Part shown: positions 22,294 to 35,800 of the stretch, piece after piece
Layout: each line of letters opens with the position of its first letter
Numbering within the stretch: position 1 is the first letter of the stretch
Assembly: GCA_964016885.1 (NCBI GenBank)
Contig: OZ024744.1
Span: forward strand, 129,580,001 to 129,644,000
DNA: 64,000 nt
Direction: 5' to 3'
Source: Eledone cirrhosa
Taxonomy: Eukaryota
Notes under the pieces: model-generated
Told to the model about the DNA's origin: nothing
What the model saw: only the letters and a program-made list of their open reading frames with translations
The model's database searches: none
Translations under genes and position numbers: made by a program

Positions 22294-23820
22294 GTTAAGT
22301 TTGGGTTAAGGTTGGGGTTAAATTAAGTTGGGGTTAAGTTAAGTTGGGGTTAAGTTAAGTTGGGGTTAAGTTAAGTTGGGGGTAAGTTAAGTTGGGGTTA
22401 AGTTAAGTTGGGGTTAAGTTAAGTTGGGGTTAAGTAAAGTTGGGGTTAAGTTAAGTCGGGGTTAATTTAAGTTGGGGTTAAGTTAAGTTGGGGTTAAGTT
22501 AAGTTGGGGTTAAGTTAAGTTGAGGTTAAAGTTAAGTAGGGGTTAAATTATGTTGGGGTTAAGTTAAGTTGGGGTTAAGTTAAGTTGGGGTTAAGTTAAG
22601 TTGGGGATAAGTTAAGTTGGGGATAAGTTAAGTTGGGGTTAATTAAGTTGGTTTTAAGTTAAGTTGGGGTTAAGTTAAGTTGGGGTTAAGTTAAGTTGGG
22701 GTTAAGTTAAGTTGGTTAGTTAAGTTGAGTTTAAGTTAAGTTGGGCTTAATTTAAGTTGGGGTTAAGTTAAGTTGGGGTTAGGTTAAGTTGGGGTTAAGT
22801 TAAGTTGGGGTTAAGTTAAGTTGGGGTTCAGTCAAGTTGGGGTTAAGTTAAGTTGGGGTTAAGTTGGGGTAAAATTAAGTTGGGGTTAAGTTAAGTTGGG
22901 GTTAAGTTAAGTTGGGGTTAAGTTAATTTGTGGTTAAGTTAAGTTGGGGTTAAGTTAAGTTGGGGTTAAGTTCAGTCGGGGTTAAGTTAAGTTTGGGTTA
23001 ATTTAAGTTGGGGCTAAGTTAAGTTGGGGCTAAGTTAAGTTGGGGCTAAGTTAAGTTGGGGTTAAGTTAACTTTGGGTTAAGTTAAGTTGGGTTTGAGTT
23101 AAGTTGGGGTTAATTAAGTTGGGGTTAAGTTAAGTTGGGGTTAAGTTAAGTTGGGGTTAAGTTAAGTTGGTGTTAAGTTAAGTTGCGGTTAAGTTAAGTT
23201 GATGTTAAGTTAAGTTGGGGTTAGAGTTAAGTTGGGGTTAAGTTAAGTTGGGGCTAAGTTAAGTTGGGGCTAAGTTAAGTTGGGGCTAAGTTAAGTTGGG
23301 GTTAAGTTAAGGTGGGGTTAAGTTAAGTTGGGGTCAACTTAAGTTGGGGTTAAGTTAAGTTGGGGTTAAGTTAAGTTGGGGTTAAGTTAAGTTGGGGTTA
23401 AGTTAAGTTGGGGTTACGTTAAGTTGGGGGTAAGTTAAGTTGGTGGTAAGTTAAGTTGGGGGTAAGTTAAGATGGGGTTAAGTTAAGTTGGGGTTAATTT
23501 AATTTGGGGTTAAGTTAAGTTAGGGTTAAGTTAAGTTGGGGTTATGTTAAGTTGGGGTTAAGTTAAGTTGGGGTTAAGTTAAGTTGGGGTTCAATTAAGT
23601 TGCGGTTAATTTAAGTTGGGTTTAAGTTAAGTTGGGGTTAAGTTAAGTTGGGGTTATGTTAAGTTGGTGTTAAGTTAAGTTGGGGTTAAGTTAAGTTGGG
23701 GTTAAGTTAAGTTGGGGTTAAGTTAGGTTGGTGTTAAGTTAAGTTGGCGGTAAGTTAAGTTGGGGGTAAGTTAAGTTGGTGTTAAGTTATGTTGGGGTTA
23801 AGTTAAGTTGGGGTTAAGTT

Positions 23821-26800
23821 AAGTTGGGTTTAAGTTAAGTTGGGGCTAAGTTAAGTTAGGGCTAAGTTAAGTTGGGGTTAAGTAAAGTTAGGGCTAAGTT
23901 AAGTTGGGGTTAAGTTAAGTTGGGGTTAAGTTAAGTTGGGGTTACATTAAGTTGAGGTTAAGTTAAGTTGGGGTTAAGTTGGGGTAAAATTAAGTTGGGG
24001 TTAAGTTAAGTTGGGGTTAAGTTAAGTTGCGGTTAAGTTAAGTTGCCGTTAAGTTAAGTTGAGGTTAAGTTAAGTTGGGGTTAAGTTAAGTTGGGGTTAA
24101 GTTAAGTTGGGGCTAAGTTAAGTTGGGGCTAAGTTAAGTTGGGGCTGAGTTAAGTTGGGGTTAAGTTAACTTTGGGTTAAGTTAAGTTGGGTTTGAGTTA
24201 AGTTGGGGTTAATTAAGTTGGGGTTAAGTTAAGTTGGGGTTAAGTTGGGGTTAAGTTAAGTTGCGGTTAAGTTAAGTTGATGTTAAGTTAAGTTGGGGTT
24301 AAGTTAAGTTGGGGTTAAGTTAAGTTGGGGCTAAGTTAAGTTGGAGCTAAGTTAAGTTGGGGCTAGGTTAAGTTGGGGTTAAGTTAAGTTGGGGTTAAGT
24401 TAAGGTGGGGTTAAGTTAAGTTGGGGTCAACTTAAGTTGGGGTTAAGTTAAGTTGGGGTTAACTTAAGTTGGGGTTAAGTTAAGTTGGGGTTAAGTTAAG
24501 TTGGGGTTAAGTTAAGTTGGGGTTACGTTAAGTTGGGGGTAAGTCAAGTTGGTGGTAAGCTAAGTTGGGGGTAAGTTAAGATGGGGTTAAGTTAAGTTGG
24601 GTTTAATTTAATTTGGGGTTAAGTTAAGTTAGGGTTAAGTTAAGTTGGGGTTGAGTTAAGTTGGGGTTAAGTTAAGTTGGGGTTATGTTAAGTTGGGGTT
24701 AAGTTAAGTTGGGGTTAAGTTAAGTTGGGGTTCAATTAAGTTGCGGATAATTTAAGTTAGGGTTAAGTTAAGTTTGGGTTAAATTAAGTTGGGGTTAAGT
24801 TAAGTTGGGGTTATGTTAAGTTGGTGTTAAGTTAAGTTGGGGTTAAGTTAAGTTGGGGTTAAGTTAGGTTGGTGTTAATTTAAGTTGGGTGTAAGTTAAG
24901 TTGGGGGTAAGTTAAGTTGGTGTTAAGTTAAGTTGGGGTTAAGTTAAGTTGGGGTTAAGTTAAGTTGGGTTTAAGTTAAGTTGGGGCTAAGTTAAGTTAG
25001 GGCTAAGTTAAGTTGGGGTTAAGTAAAGTTAGGGCTAAGTTAAGTTGGGGTTAAGTTAAGTTGGGGTTAATTTAAGTTGGGGTTACATTAAGTTGATGTT
25101 AAGTTAAGTTGGGGTTAAGTTAAGTTGGGGTTAAGTTAAGTTGGGGTTAAATTAAGTTGGGGTTAAATTAAGTTGGGGTTAATTTAAGTTGGGTTAAGTT
25201 AGGTTGGTGTTAAGTTAAGTTGGGGTTAAGTTAATTTGTGGTTAAGTTAAGTTGGGGTTAAGTTAAGTTGGGGTTAAGTTCAGTCGGGGTTAAGTTAAGT
25301 CGGGGTTAAGTTAAGTTGGGGTTAAGTTAAGTTGCGGTTAAGTTAAGTTGGGGTTAAGTTAAGTTGGGGTTAAGTTAATTAGGGTTAAGTTAAGTTGGGG
25401 TTAAGTTAAGTTGGGGTTAAGTTAAGTTGGGGTTAAGTTAGGTTGGTGTTAAGTTAAGTTGGGGTTAAGTTAATTTGTGGTTAAGTTAAGTTGGGGTTAC
25501 ATTAAGTTGAGGTTAAGTTAAGTTGTGGTTAAGTTAAGTTAGGGTTAATTTAAGTTAGGGTTATGTTAAGTTGGGGTTAAGTTAAGTTGGAGTTAAGTTA
25601 GGTTGGTGTTAAGTTAAGTTGGGGTTAAGTTAATTTGTGGTTAAGTTAAGTTGGGGTTAAGTTAAGTTGGGGTTAAGTTCAGTCGGGGTTAAGTTAAGTC
25701 GGGGTTAAGTTAAGTTGGGGTTAAGTTAAGTTGGGGTTAAGTTAAGTTGGGGTTAAGTTAAGTCGGGGTTAAGTTAAGTTAGGGTTAAGTTAAGTTGGGG
25801 TTAATTTAAGTTGGGGTTAAGTTAAGTTGAGGTTAAGTTAAGTTGGGGTTAAGTTAAGTTGAGGTTAAAGTTAAGTAGGGGTTAAATTATGTTGGGGTTA
25901 AGTTAAGTTGGGGTTAAGTTAAGTTGGGGTTAAGTTAAGTTGGGGTTAAGTTAAGTTGGGGCTAAGTTAAGTTGGGGCTAAGTTAAGTTGGGGCTAAGTT
26001 AAGTTGGGGTTAAGTTAAGGTGGGGTTAAGTTAAGTTGGGGTCAACTTAAGTTGGGGTTAAGTTAAGTTGGGGTTAAGTTAAGTTGGGGTTAAGTTAAGT
26101 TGGGGTTAAGTTAAGTTGGGGTTACGTTAAGTTGGGGGTAAGTTAAGTTGGTGGTAAGTTAAGTTGGGGGTAAGTTAAGATGGGGTTAAGTTAAGTTGGG
26201 GTTAATTTAATTTGGGGTTAAGTTAAGTTAGGGTTAAGTTAAGTTGGGGTTATGTTAAGTTGGGGTTAAGTTAAGTTGGGGTTAAGTTAAGTTGGGGTTC
26301 AATTAAGTTGCGGTTAATTTAAGTTGGGTTTAAGTTAAGTTGGGGTTAAGTTAAGTTGGGGTTATGTTAAGTTGGTGTTAAGTTAAGTTGGGGTTAAGTT
26401 AAGTTGGGGTTAAGTTAAGTTGGGGTTAAGTTAGGTTGGTGTTAAGTTAAGTTGGCGGTAAGTTAAGTTGGGGGTAAGTTAAGTTGGTGTTAAGTTATGT
26501 TGGGGTTAAGTTAAGTTGGGGTTAAGTTAAGTTGGGTTTAAGTTAAGTTGGGGCTAAGTTAAGTTAGGGCTAAGTTAAGTTGGGGTTAAGTAAAGTTAGG
26601 GCTAAGTTAAGTTGGGGTTAAGTTAAGTTGGGGTTAAGTTAAGTTGGGGTTACATTAAGTTGAGGTTAAGTTAAGTTGGGGTTAAGTTAAGTTGGGTTTA
26701 AGTTAAGTTGGGGCTAAGTTAAGTTAGGGCTAAGTTAAGTTGGGGCTGAGTTAAGTTGGGGTTAAGTTAAGTTGGGGTTGAGTTAAGTTGGGGTTAAGTT

Positions 26801-29800
26801 AAGTTGGGGTTAAGTTAAGTTGGGGCTGAGTTAAGTTGGGGTTACGTTAAGTTGGGGTTAAGGTAAGTTGGGGTTAAGTTAAGTTCGGGTTAAGTTAAGT
26901 TGGTGTTAAGTTAAGTTGGGGCTGAGTTAAGTTGGGGCTAAGTTAAGTTGGGTCTAAGTTAAGTTGGGGTTAAGTTAAGTTGGGGTTAAGTTAAGTTGGT
27001 GTTAAATTAAGTTGGGGTTAAGTTAAGTTGGTGTTAAGTTAAGTTGGGGTTAAGTTAAGTTGGGGTTAATTAAGTTGGGGTTAAGTTAAGTTGGGGTTAA
27101 GTTAATTGGGGTTAAATTAAGTTAGGGTTGAGTTAAGTTGGGGTTAAGTTAAGTTGGGGTTATATTAAGTTGGGGTTAAGTTAAGTTGGGGTTAAGTAAA
27201 GTTGGGGTTCAGTTAAGTTGCGGTTAAGTTAAGTTGGGGTTAAGTTAAGTTAGGCTTAACTTAAGTTGGGGTTAAGTTAAGTTGGGGGTGAGTTAAGTTG
27301 GGGGTAAGTTAAGTTGGGGTTAAGTTAAGTTGGGGTTAAGTTGGGGTTAAGTTAATTTAGGGTTAAGTTAAGTTGGGGTTGAGTTAAGTTGGGGTTAAGT
27401 TAAGTGGTGGTTATGTTAAGTTGGGGTTAAGTTAAGTTGGGGTTAATTTAAATTGGGGTTAATTTAACTTTGTGGTTAAGTTAAGTTGGGGTTAATTTAA
27501 GTTGGGTTTAAGTTAAGTTGGGGTTAATTTAATTTGTGGTTAAGTTAAGTTGGGGTTAAGTTAAGTTGGGGTTGAGTTAAGCTGGGGTTAAGTTAAGTTG
27601 GGGTTAAAATAAGTTGGGGTTAAGTTAAGTTGGGGTTGAGTTAAGTTGGGGTTGAGTTAATTCGGGGTTAAGTTAAGTTGGGGTTAAGTTAAGTTGGGGT
27701 TAAGTTAAGTTGGGGATAAGTTAAGTTGAGGATAAGCTAAGTTGGGGTTAATTAAGTTGGGTTTAAGTTAAGTTGGGGTTAAGTTAAGTTGGGGTTAAGT
27801 TAAGTTGGGGTTAAGTTAATTTGTGGTTAAGTTAAGTTGGGGTTAAGTTAAGTTGGGGTTAAGTTAAGTTGGGGATAAGTTAAGTTGAGGATAAGCTAAG
27901 TTGGGGTTAATTAAGTTGGGTTTAAGTTAAGTTGGGGTTAAGTTAAGTTGGGGTTAAGTTAAGTTGGGGTTAAGTTAAGTTGGTTAGTTAAGTTGAGTTT
28001 AAGTTAAGTTGGGGTTAATTTAAGTTGGGGTTAAGTTAAGTTGGGGTTAAGTTAAGTTGGGGTTAAGTTAAGTTGGGGTTCAGTTAAGTTGCGGTTAAGT
28101 TAAGTTGGGGTTAAGTTGGGGTAAAATTAAGTTGGGGTTAAGTTAAGTTGCGGTTAAGTTAAGTTGAGGTTAAGTTAAGTTGGGGTTAAGTTAAGTTGGG
28201 GCTAAGTTAAGTTGGGGCTAAGTTAAGTTGGGGCTAAGTTAAGTTGGGGTTAAGTTAACTTTGGGTTAAGTTAAGTTGGGTTTGAGTTAAGTTGGGGTTA
28301 ATTAAGTTGGGGTTAATTTAAGTTGGGGTTAAGTTAAGTTGGGGTTACGTTAAGTTGGGGGTAAGTTAAGTTGGTGGTAAGTTAAGTTGGGGGTAAGTTA
28401 AGATGGGGTTAAGTTAAGTGGTGGTTATGTTAAGTTGGGGTTAAGTTAAGTTGGGGTTAATTTAAATTGGCGTTAATTTAAATTTGTTGTTAAGTTAAGT
28501 TGGGGTTAATTTAAGTTGGGGTTATGTTAAGTTGGGGTTGAGTGAAGTTGGGGTTAAGTTAAGTTGGGGTTAAGTTAAGTTGGGGTTGAGTTAAGTTGGG
28601 GTTAATTTAAGTTGGGGCTAAGTTAATTTGGGGTTCAGTTAAGTTGGGGTTAAATTAAGTTGGGGTTAAGTTAAGTTGGGGTTAAATTAAGTTGGGGTTA
28701 AGTTAAGTTGGGGTTAAGTTAAGTTGGGGTTAAGTTAATTTGGGGTTAAGTGAAGTTAGGGTTAAGTTAAGTTGGGGTTGAGTTAAGTTGGGGGTAAGTT
28801 AGGTTGGGGTTATGTTAAGTTGGGGTTACGTTAAGTTGGGTTTAAGTTAAGTTGGGGTTAAGTTAAGTTGGGGTTAAGTTAAGTTGGGGTTAATTTAAGT
28901 TGGGGTTAAGTTAAGTTGGGATTAATTTAAGTTGGGGTTAAGTTAAGTTGGGGTTAAGTTAAGTTGGGGTTAAATTAAGTTGGGGTTAAGTTAAGTTGGG
29001 GTTAAGTTAAGTTGGGGTTAAGTTAATTTGGGGTTAAGTTAAGTTAGGGTTAAGTTAAGTTGGGGTTGAGTTAAGTTGGGGGTAAGTTAAGTTGGGGTTA
29101 AGTTAAGTTGGGGTTAAGTTAAGTTGGGGTTAAGTTAAGTTAGGCTTAACTTAAGTTGGGGTTAAGTTAAGTTGGGGGTGAGTTAAGTTGGGGCTAAGTT
29201 AAGTTGGGGTTAAGTTAAGTTGGGGTTAAGTTGGGGTTAAGTTAAGTTAGGGTTAAGTTAATTTGGGGTTGAGTTAAGTTGGGGTTAAGTTAAGTGGTGG
29301 TTATGTTAAGTTGGGGTTAAGTTAAGTTGGGGTTAATTTAAATTGGGGTTAATTTAAATTTGTTGTTAAGTTAAGTTGGGGTTAATTTAAGTTGGGGTTA
29401 AGTTAAGTTTGGGTTGAGTTAAGTTGTGGTTGAGTGAAGTTGGGGTTAAGTTAAGTTGGGGTTAAATTAAGTTGGGGTTAAGTTAAGTTGGGTTGAGTGA
29501 AGGTGGGGTTAATTTAAGTTAAGGCTAAGTTAATTTGGGGTTAAGTTAAGTTGGGGTTAAATTAAGTTGGGGTTAAGTTAAGTTGGGGTTAAGTTAAGTT
29601 GGGGTTAAGTTAATTTGGGGTTAAGTGAAGTTAGGGTTAAGTTAAGTTGGGGCTGAGTTAAGTTGGGTGTAAGTTAAGTTGGGGTTATGTTAAGTTGGGG
29701 CTAAGTTAAGTTGGGGTTAAGTTAAGTTGGGGTTCAGTTAAGTTGCGGTTAAGTTAAGTTGGGGTTAAGTTAAGTTGGGGTTAATTTAAGTTGGGGTTAA

Positions 29801-32800
29801 TTTAAGTTGGGGTTAAGTTAAGTTGGGGTTAAGTTAATTTGTGGTTAAGTTAAGTTGGGGTTAAGTTAAGTTGGGGTTAAATTCAGTCGGGGTTAAGTTA
29901 AGTCGGGGTTAAGTTACGTTGGGGTTAAGTTAAGTTGGGGTTAAGTTAAGTTGGGGTTGAGTTAAGTTGGGGTTAAGTTAAGTTGGGGTTAAGTTAAGTT
30001 GGGGTTAAGTTAAGTTGGGGTTAAGTTAAGTTGGGGTTAAGTTAAGTTGGGATTAATTTAAGTTGGGGTTAATTTAAGTTGGGGTTAAGTTAAGTTGGGG
30101 TTAAGTTAAGTTGGGGTAAAGTTAAGTTGGGGGTAAGTTAAGTTGGGGTTAAGTTAAGTTGGGGTTAAGTTGGGGTTAAGTTAAGTTAGGGTTAACTTAA
30201 GTTGGGGTTGTGTTAAGTGGTGGTTATGTTAAGTGGTGGTTATGTTAAGTTGGGGTTAAGTTAAGTTGGGGTTAAGTTAAGTTGGGGTTAAGTTAAGTTG
30301 GGGTTAAGTTAATTAGGGTTAAGTTAAGTTTGGTTTAAGTTAAGTTGGGGTGAAGTTAATTTGTGGTTAAGTTAAGTTGGGGTTAAGTTAAGTTGGGGTT
30401 AAGTTAAGTTGGGGATAAGTTAAGTTGGGGATAAGTTAAGTTGGGGTTAATTAAGTTGGGTTTAAGTTAAGTTGGGGTTAAGTTAAGTTGGGGTTAAGTT
30501 AAGTTGGGGTTAAGTTAAGTTGGTTAGTTAAGTTGAGTTTAATTTAAGTTGGGGTTAATTTAAGTTGGGGTTAAGTTAAGTTGGGGTTAAGTTAAGTTGG
30601 GGTTAAGTTAAGTTGGGGTTCAGTTAAGTTGGGGTTAAGTTAAGTTGGGGTTAAGTTGGGGTAAAATTAAGTTGGGGTTAAGTTAAGTTGGGGTTAAGTT
30701 AAGTTGCGGTTAAGTTAAGTTGCCGTTAAGTTAAGTTGAGGTTAAGTTAAGTTGGGGTTAAGTTAAGTTGGGGTTAAGTTAAGTTGGGGCTAAGTTAAGT
30801 TGGGGCTAAGTTAAGTTGGGGCTGAGTTAAGTTGGGGTTAAGTTAACTTTGGGTTAAGTTAAGTTGGGTTTGAGTTAAGTTGGGGTTAATTAAGTTGGGG
30901 TTAAGTTAAGTTGGGGTTAAGTTAAGTTGGGGTTAAGTTGGGGTTAAGTTAAGTTGCGGTTAAGTTAAGTTGATGTTAAGTTAAGTTGGGGTTAAGTTAA
31001 GTTGGGGTTAAGTTAAGTTGGGGCTAAGTTAAGTTGGAGCTAAGTTAAGTTGGGGCTAGGTTAAGTTGGGGTTAAGTTAAGTTGGGGTTAAGTTAAGGTG
31101 GGGTTAAGTTAAGTTGGGGTCAACTTAAGTTGGGGTTAAGTTAAGTTGGGGTTAACTTAAGTTGGGGTTAAGTTAAGTTGGGGTTAAGTTAAGTTGGGGT
31201 TAAGTTAAGTTGGGGTTACGTTAAGTTGGGGGTAAGTCAAGTTGGTGGTAAGTTAAGTTGGGGGTAAGTTAAGATGGGGTTAAGTTAAGTTGGGGTTAAT
31301 TTAATTTGGGGTTAAGTTAAGTTAGGGTTAAGTTAAGTTGGGGTTGAGTTAAGTTGGGGTTAAGTTAAGTTGGGGTTATGTTAAGTTGGGGTTAAGTTAA
31401 GTTGGGGTTAAGTTAAGTTGGGGTTCAATTAAGTTGCGGATAATTTAAGTTGGGGTTAAGTTAAGTTGGGGTTAAATTAAGTTGGGGTTAAGTTAAGTTG
31501 GGGTTATGTTAAGTTGGTGTTAAGTTAAGTTGGGGTTAAGTTAAGTTGGGGTTAAGTTAGGTTGGTGTTAATTTAAGTTGGGGGTAAGTTAAGTTGGGGG
31601 TAAGTTAAGTTGGTGTTAAGTTAAGTTGGGGTTAAGTTAAGTTGGGGTTAAGTTAAGTTGGGTTTAAGTTAAGTTGGGGCTAAGTTAAGTTAGGGCTAAG
31701 TTAAGTTGGGGTTAAGTAAAGTTAGGGCTAAGTTAAGTTGGGGTTAAGTTAAGTTGGGGTTAATTTAAGTTGGGGTTACATTAAGTTGATGTTAAGTTAA
31801 GTTGGGGTTAAGTTAAGTTGGGGTTAAGTTAAGTTGGGGTTAAATTAAGTTGGGGTTAAATTAAGTTGGGGTTAAGTTAAGTTGGGGTTAAGTTAGGTTG
31901 GTGTTAAGTTAAGTTGGGGTTAAGTTAATTTGTGGTTAAGTTAAGTTGGGGTTAAGTTAAGTTGGGGTTAAGTTCAGTCGGGGTTAAGTTAAGTCGGGGT
32001 TAAGTTAAGTTGGGGTTAAGTTAAGTTGCGGTTAAGTTAAGTTGGGGTTAAGTTAAGTTGGGGTTAAGTTAATTAGGGTTAAGTTAAGTTGGGGTTAAGT
32101 TAAGTTGGGGTTAAGTTAAGTTGGGGTTAAGTTAGGTTGGTGTTAAGTTAAGTTGGGGTTAAGTTAATTTGTGGTTAAGTTAAGTTAGGGTTAATTTAAG
32201 TTAGGGTTATGTTAAGTTGGGGTTAAGTTAAGTTGGAGTTAAGTTAGGTTGGTGTTAAGTTAAGTTGGGGTTAAGTTAATTTGTGGTTAAGTTAAGTTGG
32301 GGTTAAGTTAAGTTGGGGTTAAGTTCAGTCGGGGTTAAGTTAAGTCGGGGTTAAGTTAAGTTGGGGTTAAGTTAAGTTGGGGTTAAGTTAAGTTGGGGTT
32401 AAGTTAAGTTGGGGTTAAGTTAAGTCGGGGTTAAGTTAAGTTAGGGTTAAGTTAAGTTGGGGTTAATTTAAGTTGGGGTTAAGTTAAGTTGGGGTTAAGT
32501 TAAGTTGGGGTTAAGTTAAGTTGAGGTTAAAGTTAAGTAGGGGTTAAATTATGTTGGGGTTAAGTTAAGTTGGGGTTAAGTTAAGTTGGGGTTAAGTTAA
32601 GTTGGGGATAAGTTAAGTTGGGGATAAGTTAAGTTGGGGTTAATTAAGTTGGGTTTAAGTTAAGTTGGGGTTAAGTTAAGTTGGGGTTAAGTTAAGTTGG
32701 GGTTAAGTTAAGTTGGTTAGTTAAGTTGAGTTTAAGTTAAGTTGGGCTTAATTTAAGTTGGGGTTAAGTTAAGTTGGGGTTAAGTTAAGTTGGGGTTAAG

Positions 32801-35800
32801 TTAAGTTGAGGTTAAGTTAAGTTGGGTTTAAGTTAATTGGGGTTAAGTTAAGTTGGGGCTAAGTTAAGTTGGGGCTAAGTTAAGTTGGGGCTAAGTTAAG
32901 TTGGGGTTAAGTTAACTTTGGGTTAAGTTAAGTTGGGTTTGAGTTAAGTTGGGGTTAATTAAGTTGGGGTTAAGTTAAGTTGGGGTTAAGTTAAGTTGGG
33001 GTTAAGTTAAGTTGGGGTTAAGTTAAGTTGCGGTTAAGTTAAGTTGATGTTAAGTTAAGTTGGGGTTAATTTAAGTTGGGGTTAAGTTAAGTTGGGGCTA
33101 AGTTAAGTTGGAGCTAAGTTAAGTTGGGGCTAAGTTAAGTTGGGGTTAAGTTAAGTTGGGGTTAAGTTAAGGTGGGGTTAAGTTAAGTTGGGGTCAACTT
33201 AAGTTGGGGTTAAGTTAAGTTGGGGTTAACTTAAGTTGGGGTTAAGTTAAGTTGGGGTTAAGTTAAGTTGGGGTTAAGTTAAGTTGGGGTTACGTTAAGT
33301 TGGGGGTAAGTTAAGTTGGTGGTAAGTTAAGTTGGGGGTAAGTTAAGATGGGGTTAAGTTAAGTGGTGGTTATGTTAAGTTGGGGTTAAGTTAAGTTGGG
33401 GTTAATTTAAATTGGCGTTAATTTAAATTTGTTGTTAAGTTAAGTTGGGGTTAATTTAAGTTGGGGTTATGTTAAGTTGGGGTTGAGTGAAGTTGGGGTT
33501 AAGTTAAGTTGGGGTTAAGTTAAGTTGGGGTTGAGTTAAGTTGGGGTTAATTTAAGTTGGGGCTAAGTTAATTTGGGGTTCAGTTAAGTTGGGGTTAAAT
33601 TAAGTTGGGGTTAAGTTAAGTTGGGGTTAAATTAAGTTGGGGTTAAGTTAAGTTGGGGTTAAGTTAAGTTGGGGTTAAGTTAATTTGGGGTTAAGTGAAG
33701 TTAGGGGCAAGTTAAGTTGGGGTTGAGTTAAGTTGGGGGTAAGTTAGGTTGGGGTTATGTTAAGTTGGGGTTACGTTAAGTTGGGTTTAAGTTAAGTTGG
33801 GGTTAAGTTAAGTTGGGGTTAAGTTAAGTTGGGGTTAATTTAAGTTGGGGTTAAGTTAAGTTGGGATTAATTTAAGTTGGGGTTAAGTTAAGTTAGCGTT
33901 AAGTTAAGTTGGGGTTAAATTAAGTTGGGGTTAAGTTAAGTTGGGGTTAAGTTAAGTTGGGGTTAAGTTAATTTGGGGTTAAGTGAAGTTAGGGTTAAGT
34001 TAAGTTGGGGCTGAGTTAAGTTGGGGGTAAGTTAAGTTGGGGTTATGTTAAGTTGGGGTTAAGTTAAGTTGGGGTTAAGTTAAGTTGGGGTTCAGTTAAG
34101 TTGCGGTTAAGTTAAGTTGGGGTTAAGTTAAGTTGGGGTTAAGTTAAGTTGGGGTTAATTTAAGTTGGGGTTAAGTTAAGTTGGGGTTAAGTTAATTTGT
34201 GGTTAAGTTAAGTTGGGGTTAAGTTAAGTTGGGGTTAAATTCAGTCGGGGTTAAGTTAAGTCGGGGTTAAGTTACGTTGGGGTTAAGTTAAGTTGGGGTT
34301 AAGTTAAGTTGGGGTTGAGTTAAGTTGGGGTTAAGTTAAGTTGGGGTTAAGTTAAGTTGGGGTTAAGTTAAGTTGGGGTTAAGTTAAGTTGGGGTTAAGT
34401 TAAGTTGGGGTTAAGTTAAGTTGGGATTAATTTAAGTTGGGGTTAATTTAAGTTGGGGTTAAGTTAAGTTGGGGTTAAGTTAAGTTGGGGTAAAGTTAAG
34501 TTGGGGGTAAGTTAAGTTGGGGTTAAGTTAAGTTGGGGTTAAGTTGGGGTTAAGTTAAGTTAGGGTTAACTTAAGTTGGGGTTGTGTTAAGTGGTGGTTA
34601 TGTTAAGTGGTGGTTATGTTAAGTTGGGGTTAAGTTAAGTTGGGGTTAAGTTAAGTTGGGGTTAAGTTAAGTTGGGGTTAAGTTAATTAGGGTTAAGTTA
34701 AGTTGGGTTTAAGTTAAGTTGGGGTTAAGTTAATTTGTGGTTAAGTTAAGTTGGGGTTAAGTTAAGTTGGGGTTAAGTTAAGTTGGGGATAAGTTAAGTT
34801 GGGGATAAGTTAAGTTGGGGTTAATTAAGTTGGGTTTAAGTTAAGTTGGGGTTAAGTTAAGTTGGGGTTAAGTTAAGTTGGGGTTAAGTTAAGTTGGTTA
34901 GTTAAGTTGAGTTTAAGTTAAGTTGGGGTTAATTTAAGTTGGGGTTCAGTTAAGTTGGGGTTAAGTTAAGTTGGGGTTAAGTTGGGGTAAAATTAAGTTG
35001 GGGTTAAGTTAAGTTGGGGTTAAGTTAAGTTGCGGTTAAGTTAAGTTGCCGTTAAGTTAAGTTGAGGTTAAGTTAAGTTGGGGTTAAGTTAAGTTGGGGT
35101 TAAGTTAAGTTGGGGCTAAGTTAAGTTGGGGCTAAGTTAAGTTGGGGCTGAGTTAAGTTGGGGTTAAGTTAACTTTGGGTTAAGTTAAGTTGGGTTTGAG
35201 TTAAGTTGGGGTTAATTAAGTTGGGGTTAAGTTAAGTTGGGGTTAAGTTAAGTTGGGGTTAAGTTGGGGTTAAGTTAAGTTGCGGTTAAGTTAAGTTGAT
35301 GTTAAGTTAAGTTGGGGTTAAGTTAAGTTGGGGTTAAGTTAAGTTGGGGCTAAGTTAAGTTGGAGCTAAGTTAAGTTGGGGCTAGGTTAAGTTGGGGTTA
35401 AGTTAAGTTGGGGTTAAGTTAAGGTGGGGTTAAGTTAAGTTGGGGTCAACTTAAGTTGGGGTTAAGTTAAGTTGGGGTTAACTTAAGTTGGGGTTAAGTT
35501 AAGTTGGGGTTAAGTTAAGTTGGGGTTAAGTTAAGTTGGGGTTACGTTAAGTTGGGGGTAAGTCAAGTTGGTGGTAAGTTAAGTTGGGGGTAAGTTAAGA
35601 TGGGGTTAAGTTAAGTTGGGGTTAATTTAATTTGGGGTTAAGTTAAGTTAGGGTTAAGTTAAGTTGGGGTTGAGTTAAGTTGGGGTTAAGTTAAGTTGGG
35701 GTTATGTTAAGTTGGGGTTAAGTTAAGTTGGGGTTAAGTTAAGTTGGGGTTCAATTAAGTTGCGGATAATTTAAGTTGGGGTTAAGTTAAGTTGGGGTTA

